From assembly GCA_030264375.1 (NCBI GenBank), contig JASCQW010000109.1, positions 56,906,778 through 56,970,777 on the forward strand: a stretch of 64,000 nt of DNA. Reading direction: 5' to 3'. The DNA comes from Carcharhinus longimanus. Taxonomy: Eukaryota. The stretch's first letter is position 1, and the number at the start of each line of letters is the position of its first letter. This document shows positions 1 to 12,344 of this stretch, piece by piece. The notes below the pieces were generated by a model that had not been told where the DNA came from, searched no databases, and saw nothing but the letters and a program-made list of their open reading frames with translations. Position numbers and translations under genes: made by a program.

Positions 1-75
1 TTAAAAAAAAAGGGTGGCTTGAACAAGTTGGGCTGAAGGGCCTGTTTCCATGCTGTAAACTTCTATGACTCTCTG
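1..75 (+). mobile_element. CR1 (HER1-like) LINE 3' tail
   Basis: gggctgaagggcctgtttccatgctgtaaacttctatgactct; same tail type seen reversed at ~17885 and ~50210. Confidence 0.75.
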
Positions 76-204
76 ACCCTCAGGGGTTGCCATTTTGGGA
101 GAGGTTCATTTGAACAAACAGCAAGTACATCTGTCCAGTCCAATGCATATCCAATGATTTAGGATCACCATACCGGTGATTTCAGCAAAAGAGACAAGTT
201 TTAG

Positions 205-486
205 AGTTGATTTATTAGTGTCACAAGTAAGCTTACATTAACAGTGCAATGAAGTTACTGTGAAAATTCCCGAGTCGCCATGCTCTGGCGTCTTTTCAGG
301 TACACTAAGGGAGAATTTAGCATGGCCAATGCACCTAACCAGCATGTCATTTCGACTGTGGGAGGAAACCAGAGGTCCTGGAGAAAACCCATGCAGATAC
401 AGGGAGACTGTGCAGACTCACATAGACACTGACCAAAGCCAGGAATCGAATACAGGTCCCTAGCACTGTGAGGCACCATGCTAACC
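205..486 (-). mobile_element. HE1-like V-SINE, alternative (Rex1-like) tail
   Basis: tRNA-like head, V body GGGTTTTCTCC..TTTCCTCCCACAGTC, tail AGTAACTTCATTGC..CTTGTGACACTAATAAA. Confidence 0.85.
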
Positions 487-1429
487 AAGACTGATTGTGG
501 GAAATAAAAATCACAGTGACCCTTGACAGGTGAGTAATGAGGAACATTTTACCGCAATTTTCTGAAAAATTTTAAGAAACAATATTAACGTAAGGTGTGC
601 CGGGATGCTTTCCATCAGTTATATGGATGCGGGATAAAGCACATGTTTTGCCTGCAAGAGCTGTACCTATAAAACTGTACTTGAGTGACCTTCAATTTGT
701 TGAATATCCAATGCAGGTCTTGTATAGGTGGCATCTAATCACATTTAATTTAAAAGCTTCCTATTTATTTTTTTCGACAATCAAATACAACGATCTGTAA
801 ATATCCCAGTAAAGCAGGGACAACATAATTCCAATCTGATAAAAGACAGCTTCTGGCTATTTTTCAAAATTGTCTAGACCACAGCACATAATGTTTCAGT
901 GGAACAATCAAATCATTCAAAAGAAGCAAATGTGTCTGTTTTTTAAATAATTGTCCAGGAAAGATGAATACAATTTATATATATATATATTCCAAAAGTA
1001 GCTCAATGCACAATCCGACATTGCCTATATCCAACATTTATCCATACAACTTTATTTTTCATTTGACAGTTTGTTAATAGGATCACATAAAAGGTTGCAC
1101 TCTGTTAAAATCATGTTTCAATTCCCCTACAGATGGAACTAAAGAGCTTATTACAAGGGCTGGATGATAAAGTTAATTAGATACTGTCATTTCAAATCTT
1201 TGACCTGATTTTGAATGTATCATAGACTGATTGGATGAACGTCTTGAAAAGAATTGATTGATATCACATGGATTACTTTCGTCCACGTATCCACCAATCT
1301 GTCAAGGAACAAAATTCTACCTGTCTATAATTTTGCTTGTGGTTTGTTAATTATATACTCATCATCTACTTTCTCTGAGTCTGAAACAAGTGTGCTCACC
1401 TTAAATAAAAGCAATAGGATCCCTTGGTT

Positions 1430-1557
1430 GGCACACTCTGGTGCCCGTACAGCTCACGCAGACACGGGGAGAGCCCCGCGCAGTCTGTGACCCAAGCCAA
1501 GAATTGGACCCGGGTCCCTGGCGCCGTGTGGCAGCAGTGCTAACAACTGTGTCACCC
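1430..1557 (-). mobile_element. HE1-like V-SINE 5' part
   Basis: minus strand GTTAGCACTGCTGCCACACGGCGCCAGGGACCCGGGTCCAATTC head. Confidence 0.75.
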
Positions 1558-1589
1558 ACTTTTTTAAAGACTTTTTTGAAAAAAGGATG

Positions 1590-2285
1590 CAGCATCTGTG
1601 GCTAACTAAAGGAGTTTGGGATGGTTTGAAATTGGAAGCAGCAGCATACAATGCTGTGGGTATAGCAATCGGCCAGAAGACTGGGACCATTTTTAGAAAC
1701 TAGCGAAAGATGGCTAAAAAAAAAATAAGGGGGGAATTCGAGGATGGGGCAAAAATAGAAATATAAAAGCAGACAATAAAACTTTCCACAAGTCTGTAAA
1801 AAAGAAACTGGCAATGAATCTAAGCACTGGTCCTTTGGTGGATGAGAGTGGGGAATTAATAATGTGAAATAAAAAAATGGCAGACACTTTGAATCTATTT
1901 TGCATCTATTTTTACCATGGAAGACACATAAAGCACTCCAAGAATAGCAGAAACCAAGGTGCAAAATTTAGGGAGGAACTTAAATTTACTGGAGAAAAAT
2001 AATCCGAGGAAATCTAATGATATTGAAGATTGGCAAGTCCTCTTGACCTACAGCCTAAGGTCTGAAAAGAAGTGATTGTGGAGATAGTGGATGCATCGTT
2101 TGTAAGCTTCCAAAACTCTCAAGAATCTGGAAGCATCTCAACAGATTGAAAAACCACAAATATCATAACTTTATTCAAGGAAGGATGCAACTAGAAAGCA
2201 GGAAACTGCAGGTCAGTTAGCCTAAGATCTTTGGGAAAATGCTGGGATTATTACTCACGCAGCAGGGGCAGGACATTTAAAGAAT
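1590..2285 (+). mobile_element. Decayed CR1 LINE ORF2 fragment
   Basis: CR1-like region upstream of RT (gcctaaggtctgaaaagaagtg..gagatagtggatgca; ggaaactgcaggtcagttagcctaa); homologous to 63300-64000. Confidence 0.7.
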
Positions 2286-3745
2286 CTGAAGCATCTGAAC
2301 AGAAATAGATAGCCTCATGCACGTTTTCTGGGAGTTTAGCACAAAATCATCATTTATTATTAACTGCAGTGTCACTCAAAAAGGCCATCAAATGCAAAGT
2401 GAGAATATTAGATCAGGTTCTCTTTAGAGAGCGTAATAATATAAGATATATGTTTGGTGCCAAGCCAGATGATACATCATGCTCAGAACACATTATTATC
2501 CAAATCTATACTTAACTGAGAAGCATTTGATATTGAAGCTGTGTGCAAATTAAAGTTCAAAAAGTTTAATTTTCTAGAACTGTAATTCTGAATTTCAGCA
2601 TCACAAAAGAAAATAAGAAGCTGGATGGCTGAGGAAGACTATGATTGAATGGCGGAGCAGACTTGATAGGCCGAGTGGCCTAATTCTGCTCCTGTGTCTT
2701 ATGGTCTTATATTTGCATTTCCAAAAGACATGTGATAAGGTGCTACATAAAAGGTTATTGCGCGATATAAAAATTCTCAATGTTGGGGTGAATATTAGTG
2801 TGGATAGAGGATTGACTAACTGATGGGAAACAGATTGAGAATAAATGGTTCATTTTCAGGTTATCAAACTGAAACCAGTGGAGTGCTGCAGGGATTAGTG
2901 CTGGGACCTCAATCATTTGCAATCTATATTCATGATTTGGATGAAGGGACCAACTGTATTGCAGCCAAATTTGCAGATGATACAAAGATAGATAGGAAGG
3001 CAAATTGTTGAGGAGGATGCAACGAGTCTGCCAAGCAATGTAGATAAGTGAAATGAGTGGGCAACACTTTGGCAGATGGAGTGTAACGTGAGAAATGTGA
3101 GTTTGTCGACTTTGGCAAGGAGAATAGAAAGGTGGAATATTAATTAAATAGAGAGACTGCAAATGTTGCAATACAAAGAGGTGTCCTTTTACATGAATCA
3201 GAAAGAGTTAGCATGCAGCTACAGCAAATTAACTGCACAAGAACACAAGAAATAGGAGCAAGTGGAGGCTGTACGGCTCATTCAGCCTATTCAACGTGAC
3301 CACAGTTGTCTTGGGCTTCAACTCTATTTTTCCACCCACTCCCACATCCCTTAATTCCCTGACAGACCAAAAATCTGCATATGCCAACTTACTGTGGAAG
3401 GAAAATGGATTATTGACCTTTATAGCAAGGAGGGTGGAGTATGAAAGGAGGGAAATTTTTGTTACAACTGCACAGGACACCCTATGACTGCACCTGGTGT
3501 ACTCTGCATAGTTTTAGTCTCCTTACTTAAGGAAGGATATACTCGCACCTGAAACAGCTCAGAGAAAATTTATTTGGATGAAAGGGTTGTTTTATGAGGA
3601 AAATCAGAGTAGTTGGACCTGTACTCATTGGAAAACGAGAGGTGATCTTATTGAAACATTTACGCTTCAGAAGGGGGGCTCCACAGGCAGGATGCTAAGG
3701 GTCACGTGGGAGGATCTGGATTTAGGGGACACATTTTAAAGGAAA

Positions 3746-3980
3746 GGGCTAGGGATTCCACCCCCCCCCATCCATCTTCCCGCCAAGTTTTCTTTCTGCA
3801 GAGGCGGCCTATAATCGGCTGTCGTTTTCACCAGTGGCATGGCTGGCAAGCCACAGAAAACGCCATTGCCTTTGGCAGGAGCGATGATGGCACTGCCAGC
3901 CAATGGTGGGTCAGCCACCTCCACCACCAAGAAACATGCCATGGGGTGGGGGGCGGGGGGGGAGGCTGCTGACAAAACCT
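3746..3980. mobile_element. Probable MITE inserted in CR1
   Basis: GC-rich block interrupting CR1 sequence, starts gggctagggattcc; right TIR not clear. Confidence 0.4.
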
Positions 3981-4159
3981 AATTAAGGGGTCCCCGATTT
4001 GAGACTGAGATGAGTAGGATTTTTTTTCTCTCAAAGGGTCTCTGAAATGCTCTTCCGCAGACAGCAGAAGGAGCTGAGTTGGACATATCTTTGATTAACA
4101 AATGAGTCAAGAGTTATGGGGCGCTGGAAGGAAAGTCTTTTTGAAGTTGTTTTAAGTTA

Positions 4160-4435
4160 AAAGTTTATTTATTTGCGTCACAAGTAGGTTTACATTAACA
4201 CTGCAATGAAGTTGCCGTGAAAATCCCCCAGACTCACACTCAGGCCCCTGTTTGGGTACACTGAGGGAGGATTTAGCATGGCCAATGCACCTAACCAGCC
4301 TGTCTTTCGGACTGTGGGAGGAAGCCAGAGCACCCAGGGGAGAACTTGCAGACTCCACACAGACAGTAATCCAAGCTGGTAATCGAACTCAGGTCCCTGG
4401 CGTTATGAGGCAGCAGTGCTAACCACCATGCCACA
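4160..4435 (-). mobile_element. HE1-like V-SINE, alternative tail
   Basis: same head, body and tail as 205-486. Confidence 0.85.
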
Positions 4436-6644
4436 GTCCCACAATCAGATCAGCCAATAGGCCTAAGGGGCCAAATAGCTTCCTTCTGCTCATATTTCTT
4501 ACGATCCACAGCAGAAATTGTTATAGAGAAATAGCTGTCAGCTAATCAATCCATTTTGGTGTTTACCCTTCACACAGGAGTGGCCAAATTCTACATGCCT
4601 GTTTTTTCCCCTGGCCTGTTACCCGACTTTCCCACAATCACCGTTCCAAAATGCTCTCATTGTCACTGCTTCAATCCTTAGCTCCAGTTGTGCATTTCAC
4701 AGCCTCACAACCCCTCTTGTTTAAAAACACTCCCACTCTCCGATTTAATTTCTTCATACATCTGTGAATCTTCTCTCTTGTGTTGTTTATTTCGAGATCC
4801 ATCTGTGACTGGAAAAGATTCTATTCCGATTGATTCTGTCCCAGTCCTTCATACCTCTAAAAACTCAATTTGGTGAGAGGGCAATAAAGACTGGAAACTG
4901 GACCAGGTGCCTGGTAGACTGCACAATTAATTTAAAATAGGCTCTGTTTCATGATACGTGATAATAATAATTATTGACACAGTTGCGGCGTGTTCTGCTA
5001 ATGTAAGCATTTCACTGTGACTTATTTCTCTCCATTAGGCACGGACTCAGAATGTCTGTAGGACTCTGAATGGAGCCTCCAGGGAATAACAGATATAATA
5101 ATATGTACAGAGATATCCACAAGTTTCTTATTTTGCAGAATTTTAGATCTGACAGTCTATATGAATGTCTGAAAAGGACTCCCATTTACAAAACTATGAA
5201 TTTAACAATAGGACTGGATGTCTGAATTGAGGCCTATTTTGAGATGTTTACATCAAGCGGCATATTTAATAGTGCATCCACAATAGCTATAACAAAACGC
5301 AAATAACTTGAAAACGCTGTGACAATTGTTCTAAATATTATGCTACATACAATGTTCGACCAGTTTTGGTGGTTTTGAGAATTATGTTATTTTGTAAATA
5401 AATTCATGTATTTTATATAGGAGCAGAAGTAGCTCCTTAAATCTGTTCTGTCACTCAATTAGATCAGAGCTGATCTGGGCCTCATGGTAGAATTTTCCGA
5501 TCCTGCTAGCAGGCGGGGGTGGGGAAATTAAATTTGGTATGAGGCCAAACATTCCCAGTTGGGAAATTCTTCTGAAATTCTGCTCCCTGGACATTCCAGG
5601 TGGGTCCAGCTTCCCGACAGACAATGTTGGGAAGTCCTTTTGCATTAGCAAGCCATGCGTACTCATTAAAAGGCCATCTCAGTGGAAATAAGTTGCCCCC
5701 ATCAAATGAAGTTACCTGCCAGCAAGAAATTAGAACATTCACTTTAAGTAGCACGGATCTGGCAAGGTAGATTTCTTCCATGACAAACAGTGCGGTGCCA
5801 TTGCAGGGTCCTTCTTGGGGTCTATAAATGCCAGCCTATGGTTGATGGTGGTTAGTGGAAGTGCGAGCTGAATGCAAGATGACCAAGTGTCTGTAAGTGC
5901 TAACCTATGCTCGATGGCAGTTGGTGGAAGTGCGAGTTGCATGGAAGATGACCAAGGCGGAGCGTAACGGTTAGCCGGGGGAGAGTGGAGCACTGACCGT
6001 GCAAAGATGGAAGGGGTTGTTACCTGCCCCCCACTNNNNNNNNNNNNNNNNNNNNNNNNNNNNNNNNNNNNNNNNNNNNNNNNNNNNNNNNNNNNNNNNN
6101 NNNNNNNNNNNNNNNNNNNNNNNNNNNNNNNNNNNGATGGAAGGGGTTGTTACCTGCCCCCCACTGTGAAAATCAACAAACTCTTCGGGGATGCGTATTT
6201 AATAAGCTGACCAGCACAAGATTGAGAAATGAAAAATGAAAATTGTTCTCGTGCAGCAAGGAATGTTTCAGTGTTCTTCAGTATTCTTCTGAAGTTGGAC
6301 TTCAGGCCCATTGGAGAGTCCAGCGCGATTGTGTCCAAAATGGAAAAAAAAATTCTTTGACAGCATTCTACTGAGCCAATACATCAGAAAGGTGAGAAAA
6401 TGTAAATAGACGGAAGCAGATGAGTTTTGTCAGTCATCCTGGCCCCAAAGGGAATCATTCTCACTTCCACATCCACCACTGAACTTAAATTTCAGAGCAA
6501 AAAATTCTTTTCTCAATTTAGATACTTTTCATTAACGAAGAGCAACCAACTAATCTCGATCGGAAAATTTTAAGTGATCCTGTGTTGACATGGAAATTAT
6601 GGTAACGTTTTGTGTGAAAAAGTCCCATCTAATTTTATTCTTAG

Positions 6645-6680
6645 ATGGTCCAGATTACGCCCTTTGTTCCACTAACTGAG
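6645..6680 (+). other. Candidate 36-nt exon
   Basis: ctaattttattcttag|ATGGTC..ACTGAG|gtaaga; frame 0 open (MVQITPFVPLTE); no homology recognised. Confidence 0.25.
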
Positions 6681-6819
6681 GTAAGAGTATCTATCAAATC
6701 CACTTACAATNNNNNNNNNNNNNNNNNNNNNNNNNNNNNNNNNNNNNNNNNNNNNNNNNNNNNNNNNNNNNNNNNNNNNNNNNNNNNNNNNNNNNNNNNN
6801 NNNNNNNNNNATCTATCAA

Positions 6820-7620
6820 ATCCCCTTACAATTTTAAAGACCATTGATTAGAACAACTCTCAATCTTCTTGTCTAAAGGCTATACAAGTCAGATTTATGT
6901 AACCTTCTCTCATAATTTAATCCTTTAAACATTGGTGTAATTCTGATGAATCTGCACTGTACCACCTCTACGATTCATATACCTTTCCTGAAATTCTTTG
7001 CCCAAAACTGAACACAGTGTTCCTGTGTCCTCCAGATAGGATGTGGCCAAGTCAATGTACAACTGAAGCTTGATTCCCACATTTGAGTATTACTTTGAGA
7101 CAAAGGACATAATTGACAGTATTTTACGACCTGTCTCGAGCGAGCTCGTAAAATCCCGCCCCAAGGCCAACAGAGAATTCCATTCTGTGAACATAAGTGA
7201 TGGTAAAAAGAATGGTAAAATTCCAGCCAGTGTTTTTAACAGTTTTGTTTTTTTTTGTTTCTTTATGTTAATTTTTTGTGACCTATGCATATGGACAAAA
7301 TCTCTTTGCTCTTCCACTGCTTTTAGTATCTCATTGTTAAAATCTTCCTATCTTCCTTTCTCAGTCCAAACTGGATAGCCTCACACTTCTCTCAAGTCAA
7401 TTCTATCTGCTATAGTTTTGCCCACTCACTTAATCTGTCAACGTGCTTATTTAACTTTCAGCTCTAATTTTGTAGCTCCTTACTGAACGCTGTCTGCATG
7501 CCTGGACATACAATTCTGTATTTCTTCGTCCAGTTCAATGATATACATATTGGAAAACTGAGAAGTGCCATCTATTACTTAAGCTTGGAAATGCACACTT
7601 ATGTCCTTTTTTAATGGCAT
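6820..7620 (-). mobile_element. Decayed CR1 LINE RT fragment with small TIR element at ~7113-7229
   Basis: ttttgcccactcacttaatctgtc and cccaaaactgaacacagtg are CR1 RT segments seen in other copies. Confidence 0.65.
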
Positions 7621-8199
7621 GATAATTGCTTGTACAAGCCCAATCAATCCTTCTGATCCAGAAAGGGAACCATCTGAACAGTTCAATAACATTGCCACAA
7701 GTTTTTGTTGAATTGTTGTTCAAGATTTATCCACCTTTGTCACTCTAAACCCAATCATGTGTTCTTTTATTCTTCATTTCTCTTTCTGTATCCAATTTGA
7801 TTCTGATTCTCCCTTTTATAATTCATCCTGCTTCAACATTGTTCCTTTGTTTCTTTCTCAATCGTTAAGTCTCATTGATTAAGAAGACACATTTGGTTCC
7901 TCAAGCATTAGGTCCTAGACGTTTGGTTGCCATCACCACTCCATGATAATCTCACACTTCCAGCAAACTAAGGTGCAGAAATTATTCTGAGCTGAAGGGT
8001 ACTGGAAAAGGTCTGCGGTGTGAGTAACCTTGTTCCAGAAAGGTCTTTTCTATTATTTTTTCCACGTTCATTTTCTTTTTGATTCATTTTCTGCATCGAG
8101 AGACACACCAAGACAGGCAAAGCAAGTGCTTATATCTGTTTCTGCAGCTGACTTCTCTGGAACAGGTGGTTAGCCAGGGGCTGTAGCTTGAGGGGCATC

Positions 8200-8400
8200 A
8201 CTCCGTTTCAAGCATGGCTGGTCAGGAGTCTCTCCTGCCCGGGTTGTTTGCCATGGGCATACTGGAAGGGGTTTGCAGTCTGGTAATCAACCTGCTCAGC
8301 TGTGCTATGAATGCACCTTCTGTGACCATTAAGTAGGACTCGAACCTGGAGTTTCTGGCTCGGAGACAGGGATGCTACTCACTGCGCCAAGGGATCTCCA
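8200..8400 (-). mobile_element. tRNA-derived SINE, third type
   Basis: minus strand A box TGGCGCAGTGAGTAGC and B box GGTTCGAGTCC. Confidence 0.5.
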
Positions 8401-9524
8401 TTCTCCATATTATAACAGGTACATTTTNNNNNNNNNNNNNNNNNNNNNNNNNNNNNNNNNNNNNNNNNNNNNNNNNNNNNNNNNNNNNNNNNNNNNNNNN
8501 NNNNNNNNNNNNNNNNNNNNNNNNNNNTTTTCCCTTTGACTTATTCACCAATTCCCTTACACTGCTGTTATCAGCCCTCTTCCTTGACTGTAACAACTGA
8601 TAAAAAGCATTTGTTTAAGGTGGAAAAGTGAATTTAAAAAAAGTATCAATGTATCGTGTAATATGGCAGATAATAGTTGCAGCAGGATATTTTAAAATAT
8701 TTGGTGGGAGTGGGTTGGGAGGTGGGGGAGGGGGAACATGGTAGTTTATGGGGCCTTGTTGAAATGGAAACACAGAGAGTGGGGTCACTTAATTTGCCAT
8801 GAGCTGAAGTTTCACTTTCCTGATGGCATGTTTGAATACAGGGATTAATTTAGCCACATACTGGGATAAGTCTTTGGATGAGTTCTGATCTGTAAAACAT
8901 TTTGTATGCCACAATCACTCATTGCATTCAAGCTTTTTATAGTTACCTTCTACTTTAATGATCAAGTCAATAGCATGGGAGAATCTCTTGGCACTTGGTT
9001 CACGTTTGTTAATAAGTGGTGTGTAAGAGTTGGCTTTATGCAGTTGTGTCTGTGGTCAATGGTTTTCCATGTTGAACTCTGCAGCACAAGTAAAGGCAGC
9101 AGGAGAATGACAGCTCACACTGCAGCTTGGTGTTGGCAAGGGTGCCAGTTTGGGGGGTGTGGTGTGGGGTCGGACACGTGCAGGAATGGAACAGGGAAGG
9201 CTGGCAGCCTTGGTGTGGTGGGAAGGTAAGAGAATGAAGAGCCTCCAGATGTTAATACAGTCCATCTCAGTGTGTTGGCTGGCAGAGTCCTCACAGAGCT
9301 TTGGATTCACTTATTATGTTTCGATTATCCCTGCAGCGAGCAATCTTGGACAATATCCTTTACAATGTGGAGAAGGAGATCCAGCTGAGCGTGCAAGTTC
9401 AGCCATGTCCCACAGAGAGCTGCGTACCACATTGGACACGAACATGAATGCTCAATAAAGACTGAGTACAAAAACACATCATGGTTTATTCCACAGTATA
9501 GAAATGTCCTTAACTCCCTTATAA

Positions 9525-9785
9525 CTATCATAGAATCCCTACAGTACAGAAGGAGGCCACTCAGCCCATCAAATCTGCACCAACAACAATCCCACATAGG
9601 TCCTATCCCCATAACTCTACTCATTTCCCCTGCTAATCCCCTGACATTAAGGGGCAATTTAGCATGGCCAATTTAGTTAACTAGCACATCTTTGGAGTGT
9701 GGGAGGAAACCGAAGCACCCAGAGGGATCCCACACAAACACAGGGAAAAAGTGCAAACTCCACACAGACATTCACCCAAAGTTGG
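9525..9785 (-). mobile_element. HE1 V-SINE with CR1/HER1 tail, 5' truncated
   Basis: V body plus tail GATGGGCTGAGTGGCCTCCTTCTGTACTGTAGGGATTCTATGA. Confidence 0.85.
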
Positions 9786-9809
9786 AACAGAACCTTTTTA
9801 TTTCCTTTA

Positions 9810-10170
9810 GTCTTTCATGGCATGTGGGTATCACTGACTGGGCCAGCGTTTATTACCCATTGCTAATTGCCTTTGAACTGAGTGGTTTGCTAGGCCATTT
9901 GAGAATCAACCATATTGCTGTGGGTGTGGAGTCACATGTAGGCCAGACGAGGTAATCACAGCAGATTTCCTTCCCTAAAGGACATCAGTGAAGCAGGTGG
10001 ATTTTTTCGACAATCAACAATCATTTTATGGTCAACATTCGACTTTTAATTCCAGATTTTAATTGAATTCACATGTTACCATCGGCCATGTTGGGATTCG
10101 AACCCGGGTCCTCAGAGCATTACCCTGGGTCTCTGGATTTCTGGCAACAATGCCACTATGCTGCTGCCTT
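9810..10170 (-). mobile_element. tRNA-derived SINE family B
   Basis: B box GGTTCGAATCCC; body GTCCTTTAGGGAAGGAAATCTGC..CTACATGTGACTCC; six copies in window. Confidence 0.8.
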
Positions 10171-10708
10171 CCCTCGTTAAGTTCATCCATCTCATCAAAT
10201 GCATGTGAATAAAGTGAAACCAATGTAATGTGAAAACTTTACAGGTGAAATTTAAAATTGAAAGATACCTGTGCCACCTTTGTGTTCTGAACAAGTCTTA
10301 TGTTGATGGCAGTGGAGTTGGGTAGAAAGGTTGTGATCATGGGGAAGAGTCTTACTGTTTAACCATTAAGCTCTTTTGTTGCCTACCCCTCTGCATTGTG
10401 AGCTGGGAAGCAGCTCCTTTGCTGAAAATCTTCCCCCTTTGAGAGTTTGCATGCATCTTCCAACACTTTAAATTGTAATTGAAACCATGTCGGAATCAGT
10501 AAAAAGCAGAATGTGTGCCAACTTCCTATTCTCCCGTCAAGAACGGTGCACTGTGGTTAAAATTCTGCCCACTATCTTCAATGTTACCAGCAGTGTAAAT
10601 CAAACAACAATGCACATCATAGTAGCAGAGAACAATGCAGGGCTGTGAGTTAGGGTGGGAAGGAATGGAGTGAGTCCTCATTTCAGGAGGGCAGTCTTAA
10701 AATACAAT

Positions 10709-10924
10709 GGACGGTATTTTGCATCTCCCCCATGCTCCCCCCAGTGCCAGGCTTTCCAGTGGTAGAGGAGGCTCGCTATTGCTGCCTACCAATCTTCCAA
10801 TCCCAGCAAATTCTGTGGCAGTTTCCACAGCTCACTGGTCTTGCTACTGGGAAAGCTGTCGCAGGGTGTCACCTATGCAGGATTGGAAGATCTCACGGGT
10901 GGGAAGGGCAGGCAAATCCTGTCC
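10709..10924. mobile_element. MITE, Harbinger-like TIRs
   Basis: ends ggacggtattttgc / gcaaatcctgtcc; internal caggattggaagatct shared with 49796-50000. Confidence 0.55.
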
Positions 10925-11239
10925 ATTGCGATCCATGCATTCGACATTCCAGCATGGCAATACATAGGGATCTATCATTCAGAGAGGATAATCATAAAAT
11001 ATGGTCCACAGACTTCAATGTGAGACCTATCATCAGTGGAGTAGCCAGTATGGGTCCATTGTTAATTGGATATAATATATTGTATCGCAATATCTTCTGA
11101 TATTCATTTGATGTCTACTTCATGAAGTCACACCCTTTAGCTTTGGTAAGATTGCCAAGGCATCCAAGTATGTGGCTGAGAAACAATCTGATACAAATGA
11201 AAATGAAATGTTTCAAACTCAAAACTGCTTCTGAGCATA

Positions 11240-11450
11240 AAAGCAAAATATTGCAGATGCTGGAATCTGAAACAAAAACAGAAAATGCTGGAAATTCTCA
11301 GCAGGTCTGACAGCATCTGTGGAGAGAGAATAAAACTAATGTTTCGAGTCTGGATGACCCTTTGTCAGTTTCATCCAGACTTGAAACGTTGGCTCTATTC
11401 TCTCTCTCCACAGGTGCTGTCAGACCTGCTGCGATTTCCCAGCATTTTTT
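11240..11450. mobile_element. Penelope-like terminal-repeat palindrome with degenerate hammerhead motif
   Basis: inverted arms ~11281-11357 / 11371-11450; minus strand CTGACAA-AGGGTCATCCAGACTC-GAAA-CATTA. Confidence 0.7.
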
Positions 11451-11859
11451 CCTCCTGAATATTCTCTAATTTGCCTCCCCAAACTTGTGCTCAAACCATG
11501 AAATTGCCAGTGTGCCATGGAACTCATTTTTATCACATAGACAATCCTTTGGTATCTAGTTCCTGGCCATGTCATCAATGTAGGGAAAAGCATGTTTCAA
11601 AGTAGGTCATTCCATTTACTATGAGCAGCTTACAGAGAGAAATATCCCTGGCAGCTTTTTTGTCACCAAGTGATGACAGTTACTGTTGGCAGGTGTTCCC
11701 CTTCCAGTAATGATCGTGAAATTGAACTTTCACAGAGAGTTGCCAATTTTAAGCAGACTCATATGGCTTGACTCCCTTTTCTCAGCCTCAATCTTGGTTA
11801 TATACCCAAAGCAAAAATATGAGAAGCATGAGTGTCTTCCACCTTTCCCAAATTGAACT

Positions 11860-12197
11860 GGGTGGCATGATGGCACAGTGGTTAGCACTGCTGTTTCACA
11901 GCACCAGGGACCTGGGCTCAATTCCTGGCTTGGGTCACCATCCGTGTGGAGTTTGCACATTCTCCCCGTATCTGTGGAGTTTGCACATTCTCCCCGTATC
12001 TGTGTGGGTTTCCTCTGGATGCTCCGGCTTCCTCCCACAGTCCAAAGATGTGTGGGTTGGGTGGGTTGGCTGTGCTAAATTTCCCCTTAGTCTCAGGGGG
12101 ACGAGCATAGAGATATGAGGATAGGGCCTGGGTAGAATTGTGGTCGATGCAGACTCAATGAGCCAAATGATTTCTTTCTGTACTGTAGGATTCTATA
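11860..12197 (+). mobile_element. Full-length HE1 V-SINE with CR1 tail and internal 28-bp tandem duplication
   Basis: TGGCACAGTGGTTAGCACTGCTG head; tgtggagtttgcacattctccccgtatc twice at 11945-12000. Confidence 0.9.
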
Positions 12198-12344
12198 ACC
12201 TCCATTCTAAAACCTTGAATAATTTCTGTGTAAAGCTCATTTCCCTCAACTATCCATTTTCTGTCAAATGTGTGTGCCCTTTCTAAAGGAATTGGCTATC
12301 AGTGTATTTCTTGTTGACATCTACTCGTTATTTGTAATTAATTG

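Larger units (their letters stand above)
2640..4505 (+). mobile_element. Decayed CR1 LINE RT and 3' end, interrupted by younger insertions
   Basis: ORF 2823-3011 SGVLQGLVLGP..IHDLDEG..AKFADDTK = RT motifs; CR1 tail at ~4445-4500; inserts at ~3240-3380, ~3746-3980, ~4160-4435. Confidence 0.85.

Noticed and set aside
5039-5095. Acceptor plus short frame ARTQNVCRTLNGASRE* as a terminal exon
   Set aside because: No recognisable homology and no supporting upstream exons
6006-6165. Identical 30-bp direct repeats (6006-6035, 6136-6165)
   Set aside because: They flank a 100-N gap, typical of unmerged contig overlap. The same pattern occurs at 6689/6811 and 15194/15325
11860-11935. tRNA-like A/B boxes here and in other SINE heads
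   Set aside because: SINE heads, not tRNA genes; no complete cloverleaf and followed by SINE body
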